A stretch of DNA of 64,000 bases from a virus (lineage: Duplodnaviria; Caudoviricetes), in IMG/VR virus record IMGVR_UViG_3300042013_000103; one strand, 5' to 3'. This document shows, one piece after another, positions 19,394 through 29,954 of this stretch. The notes below the pieces were generated by a model, which made no database searches, was not told where the DNA came from, and saw nothing but the letters and a program-made list of their open reading frames with translations. Both the position numbers and the translations under genes were made by a program. The first letter of the stretch is position 1. Each line of letters begins with the position of its first letter.

Positions 19394-19705
19394 TTAAAGT
19401 TCGTGGGTGTTCTCGATGGGTGGGAAATAAAAGACTATGGTTTGGCGTTCGCCGCTGTCGCAGTTATACGCCTTGCGTTCAACGATGACCTTGGCCCAAC
19501 CGGCAGCCAGGTACTTTTCCCGGACGGTGTTTTCTTCATGGACGTCGAGCATGTCGTCGAGGTCGTAGATAACCATCTCGATGTGCGCGTCTTCACCGCA
19601 GCCGTGAATGCCGTTCTCACGATCCATGAAATCTTCAATGCGTTGAATGGCCAGCGCCGCATAGTTGGTTTGCATGAATTTGCGAGGGCCAGTGACGTTA
19701 CTCAT
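19394..19705 (-). CDS. hypothetical protein
   Basis: 103-aa ORF with a GGAGG RBS. Confidence 0.7.
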   Translation of the reverse strand: MSNVTGPRKFMQTNYAALAIQRIEDFMDRENGIHGCGEDAHIEMVIYDLDDMLDVHEENTVREKYLAAGWAKVIVERKAYNCDSGERQTIVFYFPPIENTHEL

Positions 19706-19717
19706 GTGTTGCCTCCG

Positions 19718-20122
19718 TTAAGGTTTTGAAATGTTCGGGTGACAGCACTCGGTGGTGATGATCTCGGAGTTGAAGTAGAGGCGCATCTTCGGGTCGAGGA
19801 GACCACCGGACGAGACATCGTCTTCCGCATCATCGTGCCCCGGGAACACGATGTGGTTGTAGGTGCGGTTGTTCCCGTTGATCGAAGGTGACATCGAAAC
19901 CACCACCTCGTAGTGTGCGTTGCCGTGGATGTCCCACACTTCGTAGTTCCCGCTGTTAGGGAGCTTGCGTTTAAACGCCACGTTGATGAAACGTTTTAAC
20001 AAAGCTTGTTGCGCCCGGTCCACGTGTTTCGGTTTGGTCCAGAAGACATCGCTGTCCTCGAAAATGATGACCTGTCCGTTTAGGCCACGGACGTTTTCCG
20101 CCATTTCAAGAAGGGTGGACAT
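19718..20122 (-). CDS. hypothetical protein (paralogue of 19104-19376)
   Basis: KRFINVAF...VWDIHG..YEV motif. Confidence 0.7.
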   Translation of the reverse strand: MSTLLEMAENVRGLNGQVIIFEDSDVFWTKPKHVDRAQQALLKRFINVAFKRKLPNSGNYEVWDIHGNAHYEVVVSMSPSINGNNRTYNHIVFPGHDDAEDDVSSGGLLDPKMRLYFNSEIITTECCHPNISKP

Positions 20123-20149
20123 TATAATTTTCCTATTAAACGGGGGTGG

Positions 20150-20515
20150 TCAGGCTTTTGGTGCGTCACGCCGGATGTCTACGGTCACGTAGGACCCCGT
20201 GAGGTCCACACGGGCTTCTTCGATGACCTTACTGTGGATGCCCGCCAGGCTGCTGAAGTCGATCTCCACCAGCCGCACCTGCTTGCGTCCCGCCAAGCGC
20301 TGTTTGCACATGTCTTTCACGTACGGCAGGTTGCACAGATTGGCCGTGGTGGTGAGCAGGTTGAATTCCTTCACCGCAGTGGCACAATCCATGAACCCCG
20401 ACGGGACCATGTGATCGCTCCAGAACGGCACGCCGCCTTTGATGATGTCAATGCCCATGAAACGGATAGAGCCGTCGTCCAAGTCCATCGCTTCGATTGC
20501 ATAGAGTAAGTCCAT
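20150..20515 (-). CDS. hypothetical protein
   Basis: 121-aa ORF with an AGGA RBS. Confidence 0.7.
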   Translation of the reverse strand: MDLLYAIEAMDLDDGSIRFMGIDIIKGGVPFWSDHMVPSGFMDCATAVKEFNLLTTTANLCNLPYVKDMCKQRLAGRKQVRLVEIDFSSLAGIHSKVIEEARVDLTGSYVTVDIRRDAPKA

Positions 20516-20527
20516 GGTAATGTCCTC

Positions 20528-20836
20528 TCAGTACATCGTGACGTAGGTCGAATAGAAGTCCGCAATGGCGTCGGCGTACTTCTGTTGGGTGGCCAGTGAA
20601 TACTTGCCGTTAGGGAAGATGACGCTGTAGCCGTCTTCCACCAACCCCGAAATGGCCACCGGTTGTTTCTTGTCGTAATCCACGCAGACTGAATCGACAC
20701 AGTGGATCAGGGTCGAGTCGAGGATCATTTGGTGCAAGAGGTCTGCGTCGACCTCCGGGTGGTCCAAGGCAGGGTGATCCGCTGCGTGGGCTACATTCAA
20801 CAACAAACCGCAGGTCAAGGCGAGAAGTAGTTTCAT
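20528..20836 (-). CDS. small exported/periplasmic protein
   Basis: MKLLLALTCGLLLNVAHA-AD Sec-type signal peptide with an AxA site; Cys pair in the mature part. Confidence 0.7.
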   Translation of the reverse strand: MKLLLALTCGLLLNVAHAADHPALDHPEVDADLLHQMILDSTLIHCVDSVCVDYDKKQPVAISGLVEDGYSVIFPNGKYSLATQQKYADAIADFYSTYVTMY

Positions 20837-21267
20837 GCCAAGTCATCCAGGTAAATGTGGTAAGGTATGTCGAACTGATGCAGCCGGTTCAACAGGTCCT
20901 GTTCTTGGTTATCGGTGCGCATTAAGAACGTGAAAGCCCAATGCCGGTCGTCCGATTCAATCGCTTCGATTTCTTCTTTGTCCGGCACCACGGGATCGTT
21001 GAGCGTGCGAACGATGTGCTCAAGGTCTTTGAGCTGGGCCCAACTGTACGCCCGTGCCTCGATAACGGAGCGGGAAACGTACTGGGACGATTGAATACCG
21101 TACGTTTCAAACAACAAGGTCACAGCCGCTCCAGCGTCGCCGGGAACTTCCAGTAACACCCAACCGTCGCCTACAGTCTTAGCCACCAGCCATTGATTGT
21201 CGTCAACAGCTTTGAGAATGCGCTCGTAGTCGCCTTCAAAAATTGAGTACACACTGATCATCGTCAT
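20833..21267 (-). CDS. hypothetical protein
   Basis: 144-aa ORF; coupled. Confidence 0.7.
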   Translation of the reverse strand: MTMISVYSIFEGDYERILKAVDDNQWLVAKTVGDGWVLLEVPGDAGAAVTLLFETYGIQSSQYVSRSVIEARAYSWAQLKDLEHIVRTLNDPVVPDKEEIEAIESDDRHWAFTFLMRTDNQEQDLLNRLHQFDIPYHIYLDDLA

Positions 21268-21367
21268 GGTAGTTTTCCTATTGGTAGGGGATTAACAAAG
21301 GGGCGCTAGGCCCAAGGGTATAAAAAAGAAAAAGAGAACCCACCCGCAGCTGGGTCCCCTTGGGGCA

Positions 21368-21535
21368 TTATGGAACGATGCCCGCCATCGTCATCAGTTT
21401 CTCCACGGCCAAGTAAATACCGTACGGGGGAAACCACGAGAACAGCGTTTGCCAAGCCCCCTTGGCGATCACCACACCCATGCACCAGAGCACGACGATA
21501 AACGCCACGCCCATACCGTTTGTTTTTATCTCCAT
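21368..21535 (-). CDS. 55-aa membrane protein MEIKTNGMGVAFIVVLWCMGVVIAKGAWQTLFSWFPPYGIYLAVEKLMTMAGIVP
   Basis: Hand-called; two hydrophobic segments. Confidence 0.6.
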   Translation of the reverse strand: MEIKTNGMGVAFIVVLWCMGVVIAKGAWQTLFSWFPPYGIYLAVEKLMTMAGIVP

Positions 21536-21538
21536 GTG

Positions 21539-21808
21539 TTAAGCCACCGCATTTAGGTTAAAGATTTTCTTCAGGACCGTCCGGGCGTCCACCGTCAACG
21601 CCGTTCGTTCCTCGTCGTTCAATGACGCGAAGACCGTTAATACTTCGTCAATGGCATTATCCAACGACAAGTGCTGTTGGGTCGGACTGAAGTCTTCGAT
21701 GCCGAAGCAACGTTCATTGACTTCCACCGCAACCGCATAACGGATGCTGGAGAGGAAAGAAGTGCGTACGGGGACTTCGTCTTGCAGCAGCTGTTGAAGG
21801 GTGCGCAT
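21539..21808 (-). CDS. hypothetical protein
   Basis: 89-aa ORF with an AGGAG RBS. Confidence 0.7.
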   Translation of the reverse strand: MRTLQQLLQDEVPVRTSFLSSIRYAVAVEVNERCFGIEDFSPTQQHLSLDNAIDEVLTVFASLNDEERTALTVDARTVLKKIFNLNAVA

Positions 21809-21862
21809 CGGTAAAGCTCCTTGGGTTAGTGTGAGAACAGTCTCACTTCCGTAATATGGCCG

Positions 21863-22207
21863 TTATGGGTTTTTAAAGGTGGTCAGGTAATCCGAGGGTT
21901 CCGCTGTAGAAGCTTGTATCGTTCGGATCACTTTCCCCAGCAGACTTTGTACGTACTGGTACGACTCGTCCTTCACGTCTAAGTCATTCCACGCTTGGGT
22001 GCACCGCAGGTAAAACCCTGAGGCACGTTCGAGGATATTCCCCAACACCACGTCGGGGTTATCCAACCGCATGAAGTTCACCCGCCGTTCACGCACGTCC
22101 CAGGTCACCAAGATGTTATCCTCTGGCAATTCCATGGAGTAGCCCGTGTGGGTCCGTGCCATCAGGATCAATTGAGTGGCGCGGTTCAGGAACATGGCTT
22201 TGCTCAT
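21863..22207 (-). CDS. hypothetical protein
   Basis: 114-aa ORF with an AGGA RBS. Confidence 0.7.
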   Translation of the reverse strand: MSKAMFLNRATQLILMARTHTGYSMELPEDNILVTWDVRERRVNFMRLDNPDVVLGNILERASGFYLRCTQAWNDLDVKDESYQYVQSLLGKVIRTIQASTAEPSDYLTTFKNP

Positions 22208-22240
22208 TGTAAACAGTCCTATTGGTTATTATGGTTGGGT

Positions 22241-22606
22241 TTACCTGGGGGTATCTGTGTCCAGATCCCAGTCGAGGATGAACTCGGAGATGCAGATGCC
22301 CGGATGGGCGTTGTCGAGTGATATACGGGCGAACAGGATCTCTTCGTCTCGGAAGGTGAGTTGGGTGTAGATCAACTGATCGCGCATCCCCAAGATGCTG
22401 TGGGTGCGTGGCAACACCACGGTGTATTCCATGCCCGGACGACACTCAACGCCGAAGTACTTCCGGATCATGTCATAGTCCACTGTACGGCTGGTGCCTG
22501 TCCGTGGGTTCATGACGAACCACTCTTTGAAAGGAGCCGCCGCACCGAACGTGGTGAGGTCACGGAGTTCAAACTTGACAAACTGATCACTGCCTTGCAT
22601 ACACAC
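22241..22606 (-). CDS. hypothetical protein
   Basis: 121-aa ORF with a GAGGT RBS. Confidence 0.65.
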   Translation of the reverse strand: MCMQGSDQFVKFELRDLTTFGAAAPFKEWFVMNPRTGTSRTVDYDMIRKYFGVECRPGMEYTVVLPRTHSILGMRDQLIYTQLTFRDEEILFARISLDNAHPGICISEFILDWDLDTDTPR

Positions 22607-22614
22607 CTCTTGGT

Positions 22615-22839
22615 TTATTTTTCAGTACAGGTAAAGATGGCGGTGCCGCCACGCCAGTGGACGATGGCCCCGTTGCTGGTCCGAGCGATCAAGCTTTCCG
22701 GCAGCATGGCGGCTTCGATGGAGATGGCCTTCATGCATTTGGTTTGGTTGGTGTACTCGGACGTGCTGCGGTGAACGGGTCGAGTGGGGAGGTCATTTTG
22801 GTACAGCACCACGCTCAGAATGGCCGATGCGATGTCCAT
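22615..22839 (-). CDS. small two-cysteine protein (paralogue of 55932-56198)
   Basis: KCM...RTSNG...FTCTEK pattern. Confidence 0.65.
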   Translation of the reverse strand: MDIASAILSVVLYQNDLPTRPVHRSTSEYTNQTKCMKAISIEAAMLPESLIARTSNGAIVHWRGGTAIFTCTEK

Positions 22840-22939
22840 GAGATGTTCCTTTTAAGGGATAGCAACATAAAAGCCACCGAGGCACTATATGTTAGTGACC
22901 CCAGTAATCTTTCGCCGATTAAGTTGGTTTATCCCTGTT

Positions 22940-22949
22940 GTAATATAGT
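22940..22949 (-). promoter_or_regulatory. early promoter motif ACTATATTAC
   Basis: Near-identical extended context to 7221. Confidence 0.75.
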
Positions 22950-22974
22950 CATTTAAATCGTTTCAATGCAACGC

Positions 22975-23010
22975 GGCATAAAGCCTCCCCCGCAGGGAAG
23001 GCCGTATGGC
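22975..23010. terminator. intrinsic terminator after tail tube gene
   Basis: GGCATAAAGCCTCCCCCGCAGGGAAGGCCGTATGGC hairpin. Confidence 0.65.
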
Positions 23011-23209
23011 GTTACTTGGACGACAACGGGAACCGTTGGCTGGAAGCCGCCTGCAGGTCCTTACGGGCCGCAGCGCCTTGCTCTAACTGCGCAGCAAAGC
23101 CCACGTCAGTTGCTGAAGCCACGTCAGTGGACAGCAGGTTGTTGTAGTCCGGCCGTTTGGGTTGCCCCGCCGGCGTGGAGATCGGTTCACCAGCCATGTG
23201 CAGGTTCCT

Positions 23210-24079
23210 TTAAACAACGATACGGTTAGCCGCGCCTTGTTCCAGCTGTTTAGCCAGACCGGTGTCAGCCGCACGAACGTCTGCCGTTGCCTTCTCAATC
23301 CAGGTACGGGTTTCGTTCGGGTTCATGCCGCCACGGTTCAACCCGGCCAGCAGTTCACGCGCGTACAGAATCACGCCATCAGAGATGTCGGTGATCGCCG
23401 TGAACTCGATGTTGAGGTCGAGGTTCTGACCGATCTGGCTGACGTCCTTGCGGGCGTCCCACGGACCGGTGCCGGTCGGCTGCATGTTGGTGCACAGGTA
23501 CGCTTGCACCACGTCCGTCATGGTTGGGTCCGGTTCGATGAACATCATCGACATGCCCGCGAAGGTCTGGTCGTAATGCTGCGCTTGAACCACACCGTCC
23601 GAAACGATACGTGGGTACTTGGTGTTTTCGTCCGCGATGCCGTAGGTGATCCACCACTTGATGAATTTCTGTACGGCACGGCCTTGCAGTTCCCACAAAC
23701 CGAAGTTCGGGTTGCTCGGCGAACGGGTCACGTTGGTGGCCGTTTGGATACGCTCACCAGAACCGCCCCAAGGCGATTCAGCGTAGTCCACCTGGATCTG
23801 TTGAGTCAGACCTTCGATGGTGCGGGCGTGGGTTTCCACCAGAGCCTTCAGACAACGCACGAGGTAGGCTGCGTTGCTGGTGTACCGGAAGAACCGAGGT
23901 GCTTCCAGTAGGAACGGGATCAGGTTACGGCCCACGTACGGGGTGTTCGATGCGATGTTGCCGAGAGCCGGAGCAAGCTGGAACGAGCCAGCCTGCGCCA
24001 AGTTCATCATGTTGGCAACGTTCGACGTACCGAAGCTCTGTTGAGGAGCGAACGGCGAGTTAAAACGGGTGATAGCCAT
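23210..24079 (-). CDS. tail tube protein (phiKZ gp30-like)
   Basis: 289 aa, immediately downstream of the sheath; [20 protein letters not shown] resembles the phiKZ-family tube. Confidence 0.8.
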   Translation of the reverse strand: MAITRFNSPFAPQQSFGTSNVANMMNLAQAGSFQLAPALGNIASNTPYVGRNLIPFLLEAPRFFRYTSNAAYLVRCLKALVETHARTIEGLTQQIQVDYAESPWGGSGERIQTATNVTRSPSNPNFGLWELQGRAVQKFIKWWITYGIADENTKYPRIVSDGVVQAQHYDQTFAGMSMMFIEPDPTMTDVVQAYLCTNMQPTGTGPWDARKDVSQIGQNLDLNIEFTAITDISDGVILYARELLAGLNRGGMNPNETRTWIEKATADVRAADTGLAKQLEQGAANRIVV

Positions 24080-24094
24080 TTCGTGTTCCTCTTA

Positions 24095-26203
24095 TTAACG
24101 ACCGGCGACAGCAGGGACAGCCGGATCGCGATTTTCGCGACGGACCGTTTCCAGGTCGAAGTTGAAGGTGGTGTGCGGATTGTTAGCCGCAACAGTCACA
24201 CGGCAGCTCCAGCTGGTGCCATTGTTTTCGTCGATCGGCGAGATGTACGTACGCGGGATGATGTCGACACGATCACCGAAGAGATCTTTCGTCAGTTCCA
24301 GAATACGTTCGTCGGTACGCTCGATCAGCTGGTTCTTGTCGATGGACGCATCGCCCGAGAAGTCAGCGTGAACTTTGTAGATGAGACGGATCAGCACGCA
24401 GCAGATGTTCACGGTCACTGGCGACAGCAACACGGAAGTATCGTCCGCGGTCACGGAACGCAGGCACGGGTAGTACTGCGAACGGGTGTCGTACGACTGC
24501 GACCAGGTCGCGCCGTTGGTCCACACCTGGGAACGGGTGCGGGCATCGATGAACTCGATGTTCAGGCCTTTCACGAACGACACACGGTTGTTCGGCGACT
24601 TGTCCATCTTGAACGCTTCGTTCAGTTGACCGGTACCTGCACCAGCGTACTTGGCCCACTTCATCGCCACGTCGAGCAGTTGGGGCACGCGCTTGTTGTA
24701 GCCGCCCGCCATCAGTTTACCCGACTGCAGCACGATCATCGCTCGGCAAACACCGGTGCCGTACAGGACGGATTCCGGGAAAGCTTTCAGGCGCGTGATC
24801 AACGCTTGGGTCCGGGAGGCTTCTTCCGTCACCGTCAGACCGCGCTTCTCGCCTTCGATCATGGTGGTGAAGAAGTATTGGATGTCCCGACGCGCTGCCA
24901 TGGCGTTCATCGCCCGGAACTTGGACTCCATCGGCAGGCCGGTGTCGTACAGCTGACCGAACTGGTAGATCGCGATGTTGTCGTACTGGTCGCCGAGTTT
25001 ACCGAAGTTCAGGTTCTCGATGTCAACCAGGTTGGCGTAGGTGTCCAGGTTCATGGTGCCGTCTTTGCCACCGGCCGCGAACACTACGGTTTGCTTGCCG
25101 AGCAGAATGCCGCCACCCAGAGCCCCTTCCAGTTTAACGGATTGGTACGGGTCGCCGTCTTCTTGCAGCATGGTCAAGAAGTCGATCTGAGTCGGCTCAG
25201 TGGCCTGGCTGGAAATGGCTGGGTTAACCCGCATCTCCGCGTCAAAGATCAGCTCTTGCACAACTTGTACGTTCGAGCGATATACGTATACCTGGCTGAA
25301 CGGGGAGTACAGTGGGGACAGGCCCGCTTGCACACCGTCGTCGGCGTAACGGTCCACCAGCACTTCGTCGATGGTGTAATCGAGGTCGTTGGTGTTCGAG
25401 AACACGCCTTCGTCAAAGCTGACGTTGACGAAGTCTTCTTGGTTGGCCGTCTTGATAATGGTTGGGGTGGTGCCCACGGCCGGCATTTCCACGAACTGCA
25501 CGCGGTACATGCGGGTCAGGAATTGAGCGGCAGTTTCTTCGTCGTACCCTTCCAGGTCCAGACGGGTCGGTGCCCAGATGCGCATGCCTTGGTTATTGCC
25601 CAGTTTGCCGAAGAAGCTGGCTGGCAGTTCCATCAACGGGTAAACCGAGGATTGACTGTTGTCGATGCTGGAAATCATTTCGCCCGGCAGGACACGCTGA
25701 CCGCCGATCTCGGTGGTGTTGTCACGAATCAGCACGATGCGGGCGCGATAGCCTTCCACAGTCGCGTCGGTCGACACCGGGGAATCCGTCAGGTCCGTCA
25801 CCAGGTCTGGGTAGTTGAACCCGGAAAGCTGCTGCACGGTCACCGGGATCATGTCGCGAACCATTTCCAGGGCCATGATCAGACGCGCAGGGGCACCGGC
25901 ATCTTCCGGCTTCAGACGCTTGACGTAGAAACCGTTGCCTTGACCCAGCAGGTTCAGAGCCAGCAGAGACTGCAGGTTGAAGTACTTGCTGCGCGGGGCG
26001 AGGGAGTCAGCACCAAAGATCGATGCGAAGCCATCATCGGAGTCGCCGACATACGTGGTTTCAGTTGGACCGGTCTCGGTGAAGAGACGGAGCAAAGGAC
26101 AGTGTTGGGCATACGTGATTTCCGGACGGATGAAAGGCCGACGCGAACGGTCACGGATACCATTAAACACTACCTGTGGAACGGCATTGCTATAAGTCGC
26201 CAT
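24095..26203 (-). CDS. contractile tail sheath protein (phiKZ gp29-like)
   Basis: 702 aa; [15 protein letters not shown]...[12 protein letters not shown]-terminus typical of phiKZ-family sheaths; synteny. Confidence 0.88.
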   Translation of the reverse strand: MATYSNAVPQVVFNGIRDRSRRPFIRPEITYAQHCPLLRLFTETGPTETTYVGDSDDGFASIFGADSLAPRSKYFNLQSLLALNLLGQGNGFYVKRLKPEDAGAPARLIMALEMVRDMIPVTVQQLSGFNYPDLVTDLTDSPVSTDATVEGYRARIVLIRDNTTEIGGQRVLPGEMISSIDNSQSSVYPLMELPASFFGKLGNNQGMRIWAPTRLDLEGYDEETAAQFLTRMYRVQFVEMPAVGTTPTIIKTANQEDFVNVSFDEGVFSNTNDLDYTIDEVLVDRYADDGVQAGLSPLYSPFSQVYVYRSNVQVVQELIFDAEMRVNPAISSQATEPTQIDFLTMLQEDGDPYQSVKLEGALGGGILLGKQTVVFAAGGKDGTMNLDTYANLVDIENLNFGKLGDQYDNIAIYQFGQLYDTGLPMESKFRAMNAMAARRDIQYFFTTMIEGEKRGLTVTEEASRTQALITRLKAFPESVLYGTGVCRAMIVLQSGKLMAGGYNKRVPQLLDVAMKWAKYAGAGTGQLNEAFKMDKSPNNRVSFVKGLNIEFIDARTRSQVWTNGATWSQSYDTRSQYYPCLRSVTADDTSVLLSPVTVNICCVLIRLIYKVHADFSGDASIDKNQLIERTDERILELTKDLFGDRVDIIPRTYISPIDENNGTSWSCRVTVAANNPHTTFNFDLETVRRENRDPAVPAVAGR

Positions 26204-26330
26204 GTTTTTGCTTCTCCCAAATATGGAGCTTTGAACTCGATCTTATGAGTGTTAACTAACAATCAATCATAGATATTAATCGTAACTGACTACGCTAGTT
26301 AGGTTTTACCAATCAAAAGGAGTCACCGGA

Positions 26331-27263
26331 ATGTACTTACTTCCATATGAGACTGCAATTTGCCAGAAGCTCTACCCTAAGGTAACTGGTGATATCGTCA
26401 ATAAGATCAAGCGAGTAGAGCTTGATATGAAATTGCCAGAAGTCGCTACGCCTCTCGGGTATAAACTCCAGCATGCGGTTTTTGTGACACCGAGTGATGA
26501 GCATGAACTGGTGCCACAGTTCACTCAGTATCTGGACATCGGCACCCCTAAGGACCCCAAACTGGTGATCCATGGTGGGCAGTACATGTCCATCGAGAAA
26601 CGGACTGGTACATACCGTTTGGTAGCTTCTGGTGATTGGAAATTACAATGCGTCCGAATGGCCCTCAACATGCACCTGTTAAACGGTGACGAAGCGTTCT
26701 TTTCCCGCTTCACGGACCTGCCGGTGAAAGTCTTTTCGCGCTGGTTGGCGGCGACGCTGACCAAGCAGTACAACCTGGGGATTGAATCCCAGATGGCCAT
26801 GTACGTCATCGGGGCCTACTACTATTACGCCATGTTCACCCCCGAGATGCGTCAACCGGGCGATGACCGGGAACGGGCAGCCATCAACGTGTCCCGGGTG
26901 ACCGGTGTGCCGATCGACGCCGTGCTCAACCAACTGACCACCATGGGTCCGTTGCGCAACGTCGACGACCTGTGCCATGAATTCTCCACCAACGCCAACA
27001 CCATCCGGATCGGCAAGCTGACGTCGTCGGCGCTGTTCGTGCTGGTGCACTCCAGTTGGTTCGGGGTGAACGCCCGTGAGAACGTGGCCGTGGCCCTGGA
27101 ACATTTACCGACCTTCCTGGCCTTACTGTACATGGCCGTGGACGATCGCTCATACCGTAATTCGGGTTTGACCAGCCGGGTAGAGAACGCCGCCCGGGGC
27201 AACGAGATGGCGGTGTTTGTGGACCTGGTGTCGCGGGCAGTGTCCGACTACTACGTGGAATAA
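26331..27263 (+). CDS. virion structural protein (phiKZ gp28-like position)
   Basis: 310 aa; divergent from the sheath; synteny. Confidence 0.6.
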   Translation: MYLLPYETAICQKLYPKVTGDIVNKIKRVELDMKLPEVATPLGYKLQHAVFVTPSDEHELVPQFTQYLDIGTPKDPKLVIHGGQYMSIEKRTGTYRLVASGDWKLQCVRMALNMHLLNGDEAFFSRFTDLPVKVFSRWLAATLTKQYNLGIESQMAMYVIGAYYYYAMFTPEMRQPGDDRERAAINVSRVTGVPIDAVLNQLTTMGPLRNVDDLCHEFSTNANTIRIGKLTSSALFVLVHSSWFGVNARENVAVALEHLPTFLALLYMAVDDRSYRNSGLTSRVENAARGNEMAVFVDLVSRAVSDYYVE

Positions 27264-27278
27264 TCGAGGAGCTTCACC

Positions 27279-29948
27279 ATGAACGACTATCTGTTGCGTT
27301 ACGCAATCGATAACGTTTGGTGCAACCCAACGATGGATAAACAGTTCGTCTACCAGCTCCGCCAACTGACGCCGAAGTACGGGGTCAGGGGCGCGTGGGG
27401 CGTGGACTACGAAACGTACACCCTCCCGTCTGCACAAGACTGGTGGCACGTGTACCAGATCGGTTCTGTGATTCCCTCGTTAATGGGCCTGCCCAAACTG
27501 TACAATCAGTGGATGTCCTTGGACCTGCTGGCGAACCAACTGAAAGTCTTGGCGGAAGTCTACGTGTCCTCGGGCATTCAATTCCCCCGGCACCAAACGT
27601 ACATCTTGATTACCTCGTCCCAGAACCTGATCGTGGCGGTTCGTGTGAACCCCAAGTTCCCCGACCTGGATACCCACAAACCGTACCTGCACGTGTACTC
27701 CAACTCGTTCTACAACTCCAAGCGTTCGGACCAAGGTCCGTTGTACGAAGTTGTGGTGAAGTCCAAGACCTTTGCGGTGGCAGAAGAAGTGCGCCAGTTC
27801 CAAGTGGAGCTGATGGATTTCATGGCGGCCAAGGGCGGTTACGGTCAGTACTTCGTGAACGGTCGGTTTGTCAACGAGATCTCTCCGGTGACGGCGACGA
27901 TCGGCGACACGGCGGACTTTGTCTGGGACAGTTCCATTAAAGGCATGCTGGAGTTTCCAATTGCGAACCTCCCGACCTTTCTCTCGACCCTGGACAGCCA
28001 GCGCAAGTACTTGCTGCACCCCACCGTGCGGGCAACCACCATCGAGTTTTATGACGACGTGGACGCGTACCTGTACAAACCGGGTGCGGTCCCAGGCCGG
28101 TTCTCCGGGGTGAGCTACCACCACAACGAAGGGAATTGGTTGCGGATGCTAACGCACCAAGATTACTCGTTGCCGGTGGACCGGGTCGTACGGATCGCTG
28201 CAGAGCACCCAGAAGACCCGCGGCACGGAACTGACCCTGTTAGGTGGCCCAGTGACCTATGGCCCTCTGTAGAGCCTCTCACGGTGCGCCTGTACCTGCG
28301 GCACTCGGGGTACGAACGGCCGTTGATCGCAGACAGCTCCCGGATCCAAGAACTCTACCGGTTACCGGACGCGGACATTGTGCGCGCCATGGTGGGGGCT
28401 GACTCCACTGCGATCTGGCACGCCGCAAAGTTGGAGAACGCCCCGTACGTGCAGTTCATGTCGGCCAGCCCGGATGACATCTTCCCCATTGCGTTCCAAC
28501 GCCCGGACACTTCCGTTCCGGAAAAGACCGAGGCGCAGAACTTTGCCGGGGACGTGTTCGGGTACCACGAGGCCGCTCACATCCTCAGTCAGAACCCGTG
28601 CCCTATCATCACGGACCAGAACGTTCGCTATGCCGAGTTGGCGTACAACTACTGGGAAAACGCCACCATCTTCGAGTACACCGCAGATGGCACGTTGATC
28701 AACTATTACTACCACGTGGCCGGCACCCGGCACCAGATCATCAACCCGTCCTGTGGGCTGGTGGAAGCGATCTCGGGGAAAGGGGGGGAAACCCTGGGGG
28801 AAAGCTACGGCTTAGACCCCGTGCTGATCGGCACCGGTTTTAACTTCCGGGTCTACGTGGCTCCGGTGTGGGCTGGAGTGCCATCGGACGAATGGATCGA
28901 CATTACCGATTTGCCGAACCGACATGAGTGGGGGTTCCTGGACGACACCACCGACGTGCACCGTTGGGTGTGGACCGCCAGTGCAGTGAGTTGGTTTGGG
29001 ATGGTCCGCCGGGACGAACAGTTCTTGATCAACAGCTACAACTTCAACAAGACCGACGGGGTCATCCGCTTCACCTTGGGGTCGATGGAAACCTACAACA
29101 CGCAGTACAACTACAAACTGCTGGAGATTCCGTTCGGGCAACTGGACGTGTTCTGCAACGGCAAGTCGTTGGTGTATGGGTTGGACTTCGTCATCGAAGA
29201 CATGCAGGTCGTGGTGTCTAACCTCAAGTGGCTCACGGACGACGTCAACAAGATCATGTACCGTGGTCATGGGTTCTGCACGCCGGACTTCCAGATGTAC
29301 GAACCGACGGAGTTGGGGTTTGTGGAGTACGGGGTGATCTCGAACAACGGGACTTACAACGTGCACCGGCACAAGATGCAGCGCTTGGTGATTGACGGCC
29401 GTTACCGCGACCCGGCCACCGTGCCGTTCGAGGAAGACCGCCAGACCACCACGTTGGATGAGTTGATTGACTCCACACCGTACCAGATCCAAACCCCGCA
29501 GTCGCGCTTCCGCGACGTCTACGACACGGACAACCAAGCCCGCCTCAAAGACGACGCGATCGACAAAGAAGTCTCGGACTTTATGACCGAGTATTTCCCA
29601 CAGCGGACCCGACCGAACCCCGACGTGTTCCGTGAGCATTATTTGGTGTTCTCGGTGTTCTCCAACAAGATCCTGGCCGACCTGGTCGCTGGGCGGTTGA
29701 ACCCACCGGAAATCATTGGCTTTTACTCCGACGAACAGATTCGTGTGTGGTTGAAACGCTACGAGTGGCTCGTGCCGTATGACATCGTCAACCGGGGCTA
29801 TAACCACAACCACGTGAAGGTCTACCCGCATTGGCACGTCAATCCTGTAGGACTGAACCGCTACCAAATAGCGTTCTTCAAACGGATACTCGGGCTGTAC
29901 TTGCGTGAACCCATGGATCTGGCTCCCTTCATCTATCAAACGGGGTAA
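27279..29948 (+). CDS. virion structural/baseplate protein (phiKZ gp27-like)
   Basis: 889 aa; YAIDNVWCNP..DKQFV N-terminus; synteny. Confidence 0.7.
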   Translation: MNDYLLRYAIDNVWCNPTMDKQFVYQLRQLTPKYGVRGAWGVDYETYTLPSAQDWWHVYQIGSVIPSLMGLPKLYNQWMSLDLLANQLKVLAEVYVSSGIQFPRHQTYILITSSQNLIVAVRVNPKFPDLDTHKPYLHVYSNSFYNSKRSDQGPLYEVVVKSKTFAVAEEVRQFQVELMDFMAAKGGYGQYFVNGRFVNEISPVTATIGDTADFVWDSSIKGMLEFPIANLPTFLSTLDSQRKYLLHPTVRATTIEFYDDVDAYLYKPGAVPGRFSGVSYHHNEGNWLRMLTHQDYSLPVDRVVRIAAEHPEDPRHGTDPVRWPSDLWPSVEPLTVRLYLRHSGYERPLIADSSRIQELYRLPDADIVRAMVGADSTAIWHAAKLENAPYVQFMSASPDDIFPIAFQRPDTSVPEKTEAQNFAGDVFGYHEAAHILSQNPCPIITDQNVRYAELAYNYWENATIFEYTADGTLINYYYHVAGTRHQIINPSCGLVEAISGKGGETLGESYGLDPVLIGTGFNFRVYVAPVWAGVPSDEWIDITDLPNRHEWGFLDDTTDVHRWVWTASAVSWFGMVRRDEQFLINSYNFNKTDGVIRFTLGSMETYNTQYNYKLLEIPFGQLDVFCNGKSLVYGLDFVIEDMQVVVSNLKWLTDDVNKIMYRGHGFCTPDFQMYEPTELGFVEYGVISNNGTYNVHRHKMQRLVIDGRYRDPATVPFEEDRQTTTLDELIDSTPYQIQTPQSRFRDVYDTDNQARLKDDAIDKEVSDFMTEYFPQRTRPNPDVFREHYLVFSVFSNKILADLVAGRLNPPEIIGFYSDEQIRVWLKRYEWLVPYDIVNRGYNHNHVKVYPHWHVNPVGLNRYQIAFFKRILGLYLREPMDLAPFIYQTG

Positions 29949-29954
29949 TGACTA

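Noticed and set aside
24041-26248. 735-aa plus-strand ORF (also 29952-31700, 31723-33927, 37788-39245, 28812-29939 and similar)
   Set aside because: Antisense shadows of strongly C/G3-biased real genes (sheath, structural genes, terminase, nrdA), with no RBS or motifs.
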